Shown here: positions 33,718-41,995 of the stretch, one piece after another
Numbering within the stretch: the stretch's first letter is position 1
Layout of the letters: every line of letters begins with the position of its first letter
IMG/VR virus record: IMGVR_UViG_3300027793_000078
Coordinates: 1 to 64,000 of that record
Reading direction: 5' to 3' (one strand)
Length of the DNA: 64,000 nt
Source of the DNA: a virus
The notes under the pieces: model-generated
What the model was told of the DNA's origin: nothing
Seen by the model: the letters and a program-made list of their open reading frames with translations, nothing else
The model's database searches: none
Made by a program: the position numbers and the translations under genes

Positions 33718-34598
33718 AAAACTATTTATACAAGTGACAAAGAACCAATTAAAGCAACTTATTGTTGAAGCTGTTATTGAAACACAACAACAGCAAATTG
33801 ATAATTTTTTAAGTGAATTTGCAAACTTCAACCTCAAAGAAGAAAAGAAACGTCTCAAAATATTAACTCGACGTTTACAGGAATTGCATCGACATGCAAA
33901 TACTGAATTGTTTAATAAATCTGATAAATATACAAGAGCGTTTTGGAAATTAAAAGAAGAAATTAAACAATTAAATGAAAAACTCAAACGCTACGAATCA
34001 GAAAAAGACTTAATTGATATATTTGCAAGAACACACAAACAATACGTTTTTAAAAAACATGGAAAAATTATATGATATTTGAAACCGACAAATTTGAATT
34101 TGAAATGGGCAGAATGGGATCATTGCATGCCACAAATGGATTTATTATAAAATACAAATGTGGCAAGGAAACATGTGAGATAAAATATGGAACCAGAACC
34201 AAGTTATCTACAATTAACGTGGGCAATGAACAAGCTGAAAAAGTTATTATTGATTTGATAAAAACAAATGTTAAAGATAAAGATGCAAGAATTGAAAGCG
34301 TTGCCCGTGGCAAACAGAAAAATTCTACATATTTATCGATAATGGAAACATTAATATAAAGGAATAAAATTATGATAGTCGCAGGTGGAATCGTAACACA
34401 AAAACCAATAGGTATTGTTAGTAACAATCCTAATTTTGCACAACAACAAGCACAAGCAGCGCAACGTGAAGCAGCAAAACAAGCTCAAGTTGACGCACTG
34501 GCAGCTAAATTAGCAGCGCAACATCAAGCACAACAAGCTCAAGCAGCAGACCACCAAAAAAAATGGACTGTAAAGTTCTAATATAATATTTATTATAG

Positions 34599-35348
34599 AT
34601 GCAATCTAATAATTACAACATTGACGCGGAACTTGAACAGATTCTTCTTACAGAAGGATGGTTTGGTAATGTTCCTAGACTTGCATCTGTTGGTGGTTTG
34701 GCAGCAGCATTGGCATTTAATCCTACACAAGCAAAACCTGTAAATGTTTCTACTGTAAAACACTCTGTTGCTGCCGATCTCCAATCTACAAAACCAAAAA
34801 GTACGCCGACTGTTACACCGTCAACAAGCAAAGAAGTTAAACCTTCAAATATATCAACCAGCTCAATGTTTGATTATATTAGCCAGTGGGAAGGCTTAAA
34901 AACAAAGGTATATAAAGATCATGTCGGAAATCCTACAATTGGAATAGGTCATTATTTGGATGGCAGTGAAACTGACAGAAATATTATTAAGACGATTTTT
35001 GGTGGATCTGTTGATTATGATTCTTTGCTGAAAGGATCACAAACATTGACCAAAGATCAAGTTGAAAAACTATTCAACGTTGATGTAAAGATAAAAGAAA
35101 AACTAGCATCCAAGCTGATTCCAGACTACAATAGCTTTGATAAAAATACTAAGAATGCAATTGTTAACGCATTGTATCGTGGTGATTTAGGACAAAAAAC
35201 TATCAAGTTAATAAATGCCAAGGATTGGAAAAAGGCAGCAGCAGAGTATTTGAATCACTCTAATGCAAAGTCAGGTCCAGACCAAGTAAAACGTAGAATG
35301 AAAACCAATGCTGCATTGTTATACAAAAACGCTTCAAAGTCTCTTTAA
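34599..35348 (+). CDS. Phage lysozyme-like (GH24) muramidase with N-terminal extension
   Basis: EG.K.KVYKD..G.PTIGIGH catalytic motif; ILLTE leader. Confidence 0.8.
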   Translation: MQSNNYNIDAELEQILLTEGWFGNVPRLASVGGLAAALAFNPTQAKPVNVSTVKHSVAADLQSTKPKSTPTVTPSTSKEVKPSNISTSSMFDYISQWEGLKTKVYKDHVGNPTIGIGHYLDGSETDRNIIKTIFGGSVDYDSLLKGSQTLTKDQVEKLFNVDVKIKEKLASKLIPDYNSFDKNTKNAIVNALYRGDLGQKTIKLINAKDWKKAAAEYLNHSNAKSGPDQVKRRMKTNAALLYKNASKSL

Positions 35349-35351
35349 TAT

Positions 35352-35855
35352 ATGAATCATAAAAATGAATATGGTTGCCTCATGGCAATCGTGCCTCCAA
35401 CTCACGGTCCACATATTGTTAAATTTGGTAAAACTGTAATACCTCAAAGTTTATTATACACAAAGCCAGACGATGACAGTTATGGCTATGATAACGAACC
35501 GCATGTAACTGTAAAATTTGGATATGCGCCCGATTTGAATAAGCAAGATTTGGCAACGATTTTACGAGGTATAAAACCTTTTAATATTGTTTTGCATGCA
35601 TTGACACAGTTTAACAACAGTGAATTTGATGTTGTTAAGTTTGATGCGGAAAGTCCCGTATTAAGAGAATTGAGAGCTAGAGCAGACAAATTTCCAAATA
35701 AAGATAAATTTCCAGAATACAAGCCGCACATGACTTTGGCGTATGTAAGACCAAATTCTTTTGGTCACATCAAAGAAAAACTAAATATTAGTGTTCCAAT
35801 TAAACATTTCAAATATAGTGGTGCAGACGGTAGAAAAATATTAATTCATTTGTAA
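35352..35855 (+). CDS. 2H phosphoesterase, Acb1/T4 57B-like
   Basis: EPHVTV and KPHMTLAY HxT motifs; YGCLM start; ~167 aa single domain. Confidence 0.7.
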   Translation: MNHKNEYGCLMAIVPPTHGPHIVKFGKTVIPQSLLYTKPDDDSYGYDNEPHVTVKFGYAPDLNKQDLATILRGIKPFNIVLHALTQFNNSEFDVVKFDAESPVLRELRARADKFPNKDKFPEYKPHMTLAYVRPNSFGHIKEKLNISVPIKHFKYSGADGRKILIHL

Positions 35856-36450
35856 GTTAATACTATTTATAGTTGTTATACAAATGTTTTATGGGCCAAC
35901 TTACACTACCACCAAATCTAAACAACAAAAATTCTTCAGATATGTCTTCAATTCCGAAACCTTCCCCCAAAGAAGAATCTCGGTTTTCTATCAATGAGAA
36001 AATTAAATTATTTGTAATTATAATTATAGCGATTACAGTTCCTGTATTTGGAACATTCATTTTTACTCGCTCTTCTTATAGAAACGAAATGGAGCAATAC
36101 AAAACCACTTCGAATAAACAAATCACAGAATTGAAAAATCAGATTAATTTGTTGTCAAATCCGGCAGTCAAACAACTAGATCAACTTGAGAACATTGTCA
36201 AGATGAAAAAAATGCAGTATTTTAAAGAAAGAGAAGAAATAGAAAAAGATCCTGTATATCAAGCGTTGATTAAAAAAACTAAAGAACTTGACAATCAAAT
36301 TATAATATGTAATGTACATCTCCAGAATATAGAAATAGTTAAACAAAATAACTATAAAGATGTGGAACTATTGATAGAAAAACTAAATAAAGAAAAATAT
36401 TAAATAATAAATTTATTTATTTTTAAACTTTATAACTATATATACATAAG

Positions 36451-36813
36451 ATGAATTTTCTATCAATATTATTAGAATTACAGAATCAATTAAGAATTTA
36501 TCATTGGCAAACTGATAGTTATTCTGCCCACAAAGCATTGGGTGATGCTTATGAAGACCTTAATGAATCTATTGATAGTTTTATTGAAGAATTCATGGGT
36601 AAATATGGTAAAATTCGTAGTGACAAAGGATTTAATATTAATTTAAAAAACATTGATGAAAGTGACATTAATAATGTAATTAATACAGCTATTGACTTTT
36701 TAAGTAAACAATTACCATCGGTTTTACAAGAAGAAGATACTAATTTGCTTAATATAAGAGATGAAATGTTGGGCACTTTAGAAAAACTTAAATATTTATT
36801 GACACTCAAGTAA
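36451..36813 (+). CDS. Ferritin/Dps-like four-helix protein (DUF5856-like)
   Basis: HWQTDSYSAHKALG..YE...D.F.E...RDEML...KYLLTL. Confidence 0.7.
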   Translation: MNFLSILLELQNQLRIYHWQTDSYSAHKALGDAYEDLNESIDSFIEEFMGKYGKIRSDKGFNINLKNIDESDINNVINTAIDFLSKQLPSVLQEEDTNLLNIRDEMLGTLEKLKYLLTLK

Positions 36814-37440
36814 CACTACTATACAGTACACCAAATGAAAAACATACAAACAATTGAATGTGAAAAAATGATGGATCATAAGGAGATACCCGCATAAATT
36901 TTTGCGTTAAAAACAGTATCGAACTTGATGATCCGAATGACCTCCACATTCGGATTTTTTATTCTAAAAGTAGCACTTGACAATCAGTAGGATACAGATT
37001 ATAAAAAAGCTATGAAAATCGTAATGATTAAAAATGTTGACATTGACATTGATAAGACTCGACTACGTGAAGTATGGCCGAAATATCTTTCACGCAATGA
37101 TGTTTTTAATATCAATAAAATCGAGGAGATTAGCGATACCAATGTAAATCTAGTGCTGGATGATGGTGATGTCCTGCTTGAAGTTCCTAAAAACAGTTTT
37201 ACTTTAAAATCCAAATGAGCCAAGCCGATCCATTTCGCGATATTGTAAAGCAAAATGTTGTTTTATACAGAGATTCTGAAGAACAACGTGAAAAAAGTTT
37301 TTTGGATAAATCAAACGCTCTAAAAGAGTGGAAAAAATATAATGAAGTTTACATTCGTGCCGCAAAATGTTTGGCACTTTGTGAAAATTCCAATTTGAAT
37401 GATATTGGAATTTTCGATGAAAAGCCAACTGAAAAAGCTG

Positions 37441-37664
37441 TTGACAAACAGCCGGACACAAAGTAAGCTGTTGAAAGATGAAGGTCGTGGTTGACCGCAG
37501 CATCTCTAAAACTTAAACAACCACATGTTCTTTCAAAAGATTGTTGACAGTGTAGCGAAGTGGTAGTAGATTGTGAGCATGATCTTTGAAATGTTGACGG
37601 CCTAAACAAAGCCGACAACAAGACAAAAAACAGTGTTGACAACAACGAAATGGTTCACTAAGCT
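37441..37664 (+). promoter_or_regulatory. Three tandem sigma70 promoters with boxA-like elements heading the RNA island
   Basis: TTGACA-N17-TAAGCT (37441), TTGACA-N17-TAGATT (37544), TTGACA-N17-TAAGCT (37636); TGTTCTTTCAAA 37526, TGATCTTTGAAA 37580. Confidence 0.7.
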
Positions 37665-37683
37665 GTTCAACACAATGAGTTTT

Positions 37684-37823
37684 GAGATGCACACAGCAAA
37701 CAAAAAAATGCCGTCTTCTCCTTCGGACATTAAATGAAGGTAGACTTGTCGATAGTCCATGAAAAAACACGATCAGAAGTTTAACTGTAAATAAAACTAA
37801 GCATATATTAATGTTGCGTCTCG
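37684..37823 (+). ncRNA. CAGCAA-stem RNA member 1 (carries a Tyr-like anticodon stem-loop)
   Basis: GAGATGC-ACA-CAGCAA...GCGTCTC-G; internal AGTTTAA-CTGTAAA-TAAAACT. Confidence 0.7.
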
Positions 37824-38135
37824 TTAAATTTCAGGCACTTGCCGATTGCCTTTGACACTATATAAGGGAAGTTCAATTAAAATCGGCAAAGTTTTTGCGG
37901 AGTTGGTAGCGTCACCGCCATATAAAAAAGATGCTGCTGGCACGTTCTCAATTGTCAATCTGACGAACGGCGAAGATAATGATTGACTGAAGGGTTGGTG
38001 CAGTATAACCTTGTGGTGTTAAAACCAACAAAACCACATAATTTAATTTTTGTTCTTTAAACATTTTTCGTAGGTCATAGATACGATACTATTTTTAAAA
38101 TATAGTATCAGGGGAGCGTAACCCTTATACGAAAT

Positions 38136-38250
38136 TAATCGGGTCCACAGCTAACGAAGCCGAAGAAGTGGATACAATAGTGACAAATGCAGCTTATACC
38201 TGCTAGGTTCAAATGGACGCATTTGAACTCGACGAAACTTGTCCCGATTA
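38136..38250 (+). ncRNA. Unclassified structured RNA with anticodon-like hairpin (TAT)
   Basis: TAATCGGG/CCCGATTA closing stem; GCAG-CTTATAC-CTGC; GTTCAAATG/CATTTGAAC. Confidence 0.5.
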
Positions 38251-38341
38251 CACTTTACTTTTTGTTCTTTTATATATGAATCTAAATAGGCAGTCGCAAA
38301 GTTTTTTTGATGTTTAGTCTGCCGTAACAATACTTATGTGT

Positions 38342-38803
38342 ATGCGTAAAAAAACATACACAGAAGAACAGTTGATATTAGCAGTCAAAACTAGTAAGAG
38401 TTATGCACAAGTTATAAAAAAACTTGGGCTTAAACAAGCTGGCGGAACTCAAAAAAACATCAAACATGAGATAAATAATTTGCAATGTGATTTATCACAC
38501 TTCCATTTCCAAAAATGGAATAAAGATAAAAAACTCAAAGAGTATGCTGATTATAAGCATTATAAATATGCTCGTCATCATTTAATACTTGAACGAGGAG
38601 AAAAGTGCGAGAACTGTAATAATTCTGAATGGTGTGGTAAAAAAATTACATTGGAAATACATCACATAGATTGTGATAGAAAAAATAACAATCCAAATAA
38701 TTTACAAGTTTTATGTCCAAATTGTCATTCCATAACACATGGATATAAAAGACGTAAAGGTGATTATGTATTAAAGTCATCAAATGGAAAAGTTATAAAA
38801 TAA
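38342..38803 (+). CDS. Free-standing HNH endonuclease
   Basis: CENC...LEIHHID...NN.PNNLQVLCPNCH; TACTTAT 4 nt upstream of ATG 38342. Confidence 0.88.
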   Translation: MRKKTYTEEQLILAVKTSKSYAQVIKKLGLKQAGGTQKNIKHEINNLQCDLSHFHFQKWNKDKKLKEYADYKHYKYARHHLILERGEKCENCNNSEWCGKKITLEIHHIDCDRKNNNPNNLQVLCPNCHSITHGYKRRKGDYVLKSSNGKVIK

Positions 38804-38811
38804 TTTATGAT

Positions 38812-38895
38812 GGGCATATGGCGTAAAGGCAGCCGCGTTCGACTTAAAATCGAATTCCGTAAGGAGTGCTGGTTCGAGTCCAGCTATGCCTACCA
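38812..38895 (+). tRNA. tRNA-Leu(TAA)
   Basis: GGGCATA/TATGCCT, TTCGA-CTTAAAA-TCGAA, long V arm, GCTGG-TTCGAGT-CCAGC, ACCA. Confidence 0.93.
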
Positions 38896-39558
38896 ATTTT
38901 TATCTGTTCAAATACGTAGGTCGGACCAACATCAATAGTCAAGTTGGAAACCAGCGTGAAGCTAATGACTATTTCGATGCTTCTGAATAGATAAATAAGT
39001 ATCTGACCTATACTTTAAGCTGTGGTGCGAATCCACAATGGTCACACTTTTAAAAAGTTGTTGACATTGGCGAAGAAAACGCTAAGATGTTCGCAACGAT
39101 GAAGATGGTAATCTTCGATGTTCTTTACAAAATTTTCGGGTGGCGGAACAAACAAATGTATGGTTGTAACGCACAATATCAATGAAGAATTGATATTGGT
39201 TGGAGTAAACAATTGATGTGTAAATCTATGGAGTCAACGGGTCGATCAACCCAATGATAAGCGTATATTCGTCGTAGCTCAAAATAATGACATACCGACG
39301 AAATGAAGGTGAAATCCCTTTCAGTCATTAACATATGAAGTAATTAATCATATGGACTGTGGATGAATAACATAGCAGTTGTTGAAACTTGAAGGTAATC
39401 ATTAGTCCTTCCCCACACTTTTTGCAAGGATGACAGATAGCAACTGTTCCGTAGCATTATATGCAGGATTTGAATTGGCAATCCAAATTCAAACATCGAC
39501 CGCTTTTTTAGAAAAAAAATTAATAAATTTTGTTCTCTGATACTATATATGATTTAAT

Positions 39559-39637
39559 GTAGGAATGGTGTAATTGGCTAACATCTCTCACTTTCACTGA
39601 GAAGACATGGTGGGTTCAAATCCCCCTTCCTATACCA
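39559..39637 (+). tRNA. tRNA-Glu(TTC)
   Basis: GTAGGAA/TTCCTAT, TCTCA-CTTTCAC-TGAGA, TTCAAAT loop, ACCA. Confidence 0.85.
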
Positions 39638-39822
39638 ATTTAAGGTTTGGTTGTTTGCCTAATCAAAAACAGCATGGTGTGGGATGAGCAATCCACAGAG
39701 TTGACAACGCTCTTTAAACGTTGTATGGTTGCGGGGCTTAAATGGTGCTGATGTTACCGGGTGGACATCGGAATCAATAGTAAACATCCGGGTTATTTTA
39801 AATAGTTCTTTTTTTATGAATT

Positions 39823-39902
39823 TGCGGGGACAAGCCGTGGGACGCTGACTACGCTCATAACGTAGGCGAAAGCTATGGTGTGTTCGACTCACACCTCCGC
39901 TA
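39823..39902 (+). tRNA. Atypical initiator-like tRNA(CAT) with extended variable arm, no encoded CCA
   Basis: T1:T72 mismatch, GCGGGG/CTCCGC, CTACG-CTCATAA-CGTAG, V region GCGAAAGCTATG, GTGTG-TTCGACT-CACAC. Confidence 0.7.
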
Positions 39903-39946
39903 TTTTGATTTAGTTCATTGACATAGTTTAAAGTTTTATATAGATT

Positions 39947-40018
39947 TGCGGGGTGGAGCAGTGGTAGCTCGCTACGCTCATAACGTAGAGGTCGCAGGTT
40001 CAATCCCTGCCCCCGCTA
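39947..40018 (+). tRNA. tRNA-fMet-like (CAT), no encoded CCA
   Basis: TGCGGGGTGGAGCAGTGGTAGCTCG initiator-type 5' half, 1:72 mismatch, CTACG-CTCATAA-CGTAG. Confidence 0.88.
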
Positions 40019-40180
40019 ATTTTGGATTATCCTATAAAGCTCTGATTAATTTTGTTTAGTAAAATCACTGCCGAATAACTAAAAGGCATTCGTATTATCC
40101 TCAATAGCAATATTGATGTTTAGACAAAATATAGATGATAATCTGCCGTGGATTGAATCAGCAAGGCTGCGGCAAATCAT

Positions 40181-40452
40181 TTTGTTTGGTAGTTTGGTCA
40201 ACAATAAAACTACTCTAGTAACAACTGCTAGTCTCAGTTGATGGGTTCCATATCCCTTAATAAAAATATGGCATTTGCCCTTTTTTGTAGAAAAAAGGCG
40301 ATGTTATCACTACATCTTAAAAGTGATTGTTGCATCTTAACATAAAAGATGCCCTAAGCAAAAGAACTCCGCTATAGTGAGTTCCAATAGATTCTCCTTT
40401 ACGTGCTAGAATGTTTCATGTTAAAGTGAAACAACTGAGAATCAGCCACAAA
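40181..40452 (+). ncRNA. Multi-hairpin RNA (seven hairpins within a TCTCAGTTG/CAACTGAGA closure)
   Basis: Direct inspection of inverted repeats; no ORF. Confidence 0.55.
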
Positions 40453-40485
40453 TTTATCTAGTAAGATTGTGGCACATTTTAAAAT

Positions 40486-40555
40486 GGCGAGGTAGCTCAG
40501 AGAAAGAGCGTCGGCACAGCCGAGGACGGTGGTTCAATTCCATCCCTTGCCACCA
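40486..40555 (+). ncRNA. tRNA-like RNA lacking a normal anticodon loop
   Basis: GGCGAGG/CCTTGCC-ACCA, GCTC/GAGC, TCGGC-ACA-GCCGA (3-nt loop), GGTGG-TTCAATT-CCATC. Confidence 0.85.
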
Positions 40556-40562
40556 AATTTTA

Positions 40563-40686
40563 GAGATACATTCAGCAATACAAATAAATAATAAACAGCT
40601 ATACGTGGTGTTCGAATCCCACCTTGCCCACTAGACGGGCAAGTAGCCGAGCGGTTCAGGCGGCTGTCAAATAAAAACGTATCTCG
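40563..40686 (+). ncRNA. CAGCAA-stem RNA member 2 containing a circularly permuted tRNA
   Basis: GAGATAC-ATT-CAGCAA...GTATCTC-G; 3' half 40595-40630 precedes 5' half 40637-40667. Confidence 0.85.
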
Positions 40687-40698
40687 TATTTTTACAAT

Positions 40699-40774
40699 GG
40701 TGCGGTGGCAGAAATGGCTATGCAGGAATTTGCAGAATTCCATCATGTAGGTTCAACTCCTACCCGTACCTCCA
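40699..40774 (+). tRNA. tRNA-Cys(GCA)
   Basis: GGTGCGG/CCGTACC, U73, GGAAT-TTGCAGA-ATTCC, TCCA. Confidence 0.92.
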
Positions 40775-40928
40775 GTTTTAACATTCAGTGACTATAAAAA
40801 AATTGCAGACGCAATGACCAAATAGAGGTTGGTTTTAGGTTTTAGTATGAGAAACGGAGTTTGTTGTAAACGTTTATTTCATATATTTATTCAATCATTC
40901 GTCGTCTATTACCGAATGTTTAATTTTT

Positions 40929-40981
40929 AAGACACTTGCAGCAAACATATTTTTTATTGAAAAAAACCAAACGGTGTCTTG
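40929..40981 (+). ncRNA. CAGCAA-stem RNA member 3 (minimal)
   Basis: AAGACAC-TTG-CAGCAA...GTGTCTT-G. Confidence 0.7.
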
Positions 40982-41264
40982 TTTTTGATTTTAGATTAGA
41001 GTTGGAGTTATCGTAGAAATCTGTGGAAGTTGTAATACACAGAGAGTATATTTAAGGAGCCGCTTGACAAACAGAAGGACAACGAGTATGTTTGTTCTAA
41101 GATAACTACACATCCCCTCGGTCAAAGGATATAATCTAATATGTTGGTTGTTCAACGGCAGTCCGTTATTTAAAAAACATCAATGGATGTGCCCGTGTTA
41201 AAACGGGATGAACGGTGAGAGATAGCAGTCCTACTGAAGGCGAAGACTGTAACAATCAATATTA

Positions 41265-41319
41265 TAGACACACACAGCAACTTTATATTCCAATAGGAAA
41301 CAAAAGAGAACGTGTCTAG
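41265..41319 (+). ncRNA. CAGCAA-stem RNA member 4 (minimal)
   Basis: TAGACAC-ACA-CAGCAA...GTGTCTA-G. Confidence 0.7.
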
Positions 41320-41324
41320 TTCAT

Positions 41325-41418
41325 GGCCTCGTAGTTTAATGGTAGAACGCAACGCTTATAACGTTGATAAGCTCCAGATTAGAGCACGGTCTCGGTTCGA
41401 ATCCGGGCGAGGCTACCA
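41325..41418 (+). tRNA. tRNA-Ile(TAT) with very long variable arm
   Basis: GGCCTCG/CGAGGCT, CAACG-CTTATAA-CGTTG, V region with GCTC-CAGATTA-GAGC hairpin, CTCGG-TTCGAAT-CCGGG, ACCA. Confidence 0.85.
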
Positions 41419-41423
41419 AATTT

Positions 41424-41586
41424 TACCGTGTGGTATTTTTGTGATACACGAATAATGGGTAGCATAAAGCAGATATACCACTGAGTGGTTTCAGATGGTA
41501 ATGTATCATACTATGTCCAACGTTCGGTGCTAATTGCGTCTGACCAACATACAATTAGTTGTGGGTTTGATTCCCATCCACGGTAC
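41424..41586 (+). ncRNA. Expanded tRNA-like RNA (acceptor + T arm, enlarged interior)
   Basis: TACCGTG/CACGGTA ends; GTGGG-TTTGATT-CCCAT T-like arm; CTAATTG/CAATTAG stem. Confidence 0.45.
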
Positions 41587-41723
41587 ACTTTCAATTCAAT
41601 CTTTGACAACATATCAATGTTGAGACTAGTCATCTTACCAAAACAAAACCAATCATATTTTGTCGGAGTTGTCGTGTTTTTAAAGTTTTGTGAACTGTTC
41701 GACAACAACATTGATACTTTAAT

Positions 41724-41800
41724 GGCTAGGTAGTCCAACGGCAGGAGACATCCGACTCAAAATCGGTCCAGTGTCGGTTCAAATCCGACCCTAGCTACCA
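41724..41800 (+). tRNA. tRNA-Leu(CAA), short variable loop
   Basis: GGCTAGG/CCTAGCT, CCGA-CTCAAAA-TCGG, 5-nt V loop, GTCGG-TTCAAAT-CCGAC, ACCA. Confidence 0.88.
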
Positions 41801-41995
41801 ATTTTTAATTCTGTGTATAGATAAACGGTATTGCTATTTGGTAATGACTGACAACAGTATATTATGAGTAAAATCGTAATAATTAGTAATACTAATACCT
41901 ACGGGGATATCAGACTGAACAAACAAATGAGTTTTTGAATTTGGGTTGATATTACAAATCTATTGATTGCGGGTCACAGAAATAAAACTCTTTAA

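Noticed and set aside
37950-37990. Hammerhead ribozyme (CTGACGA...CGAA)
   Set aside because: GAAA core and stem II/III geometry are incomplete.
38066-38134. Possible ochre-suppressor tRNA (TTA)
   Set aside because: No proper D or T arm and the loop is not 7 nt; kept only as an unclassified hairpin RNA.
38342-38803. HNH gene inside a group I intron interrupting a tRNA
   Set aside because: The downstream tRNA-Leu is intact and I see no split exon halves or intron core around it; treated as free-standing.
39136-39420. tmRNA or RNase P RNA
   Set aside because: Size is suggestive, but there is no Ala acceptor with T arm and CCA, no tag ORF and no RNase P P4 consensus visible.
40145-40173. Sixth CAGCAA family member or SRP-like RNA
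   Set aside because: Contains CAGCAA in a GC hairpin but lacks the NAGAYRC stem, the 3-nt spacing and the SRP consensus loop.
39659-41738. Short ORFs across the RNA island
   Set aside because: They overlap tRNAs or structured RNAs, mostly antisense, with no protein-like features.
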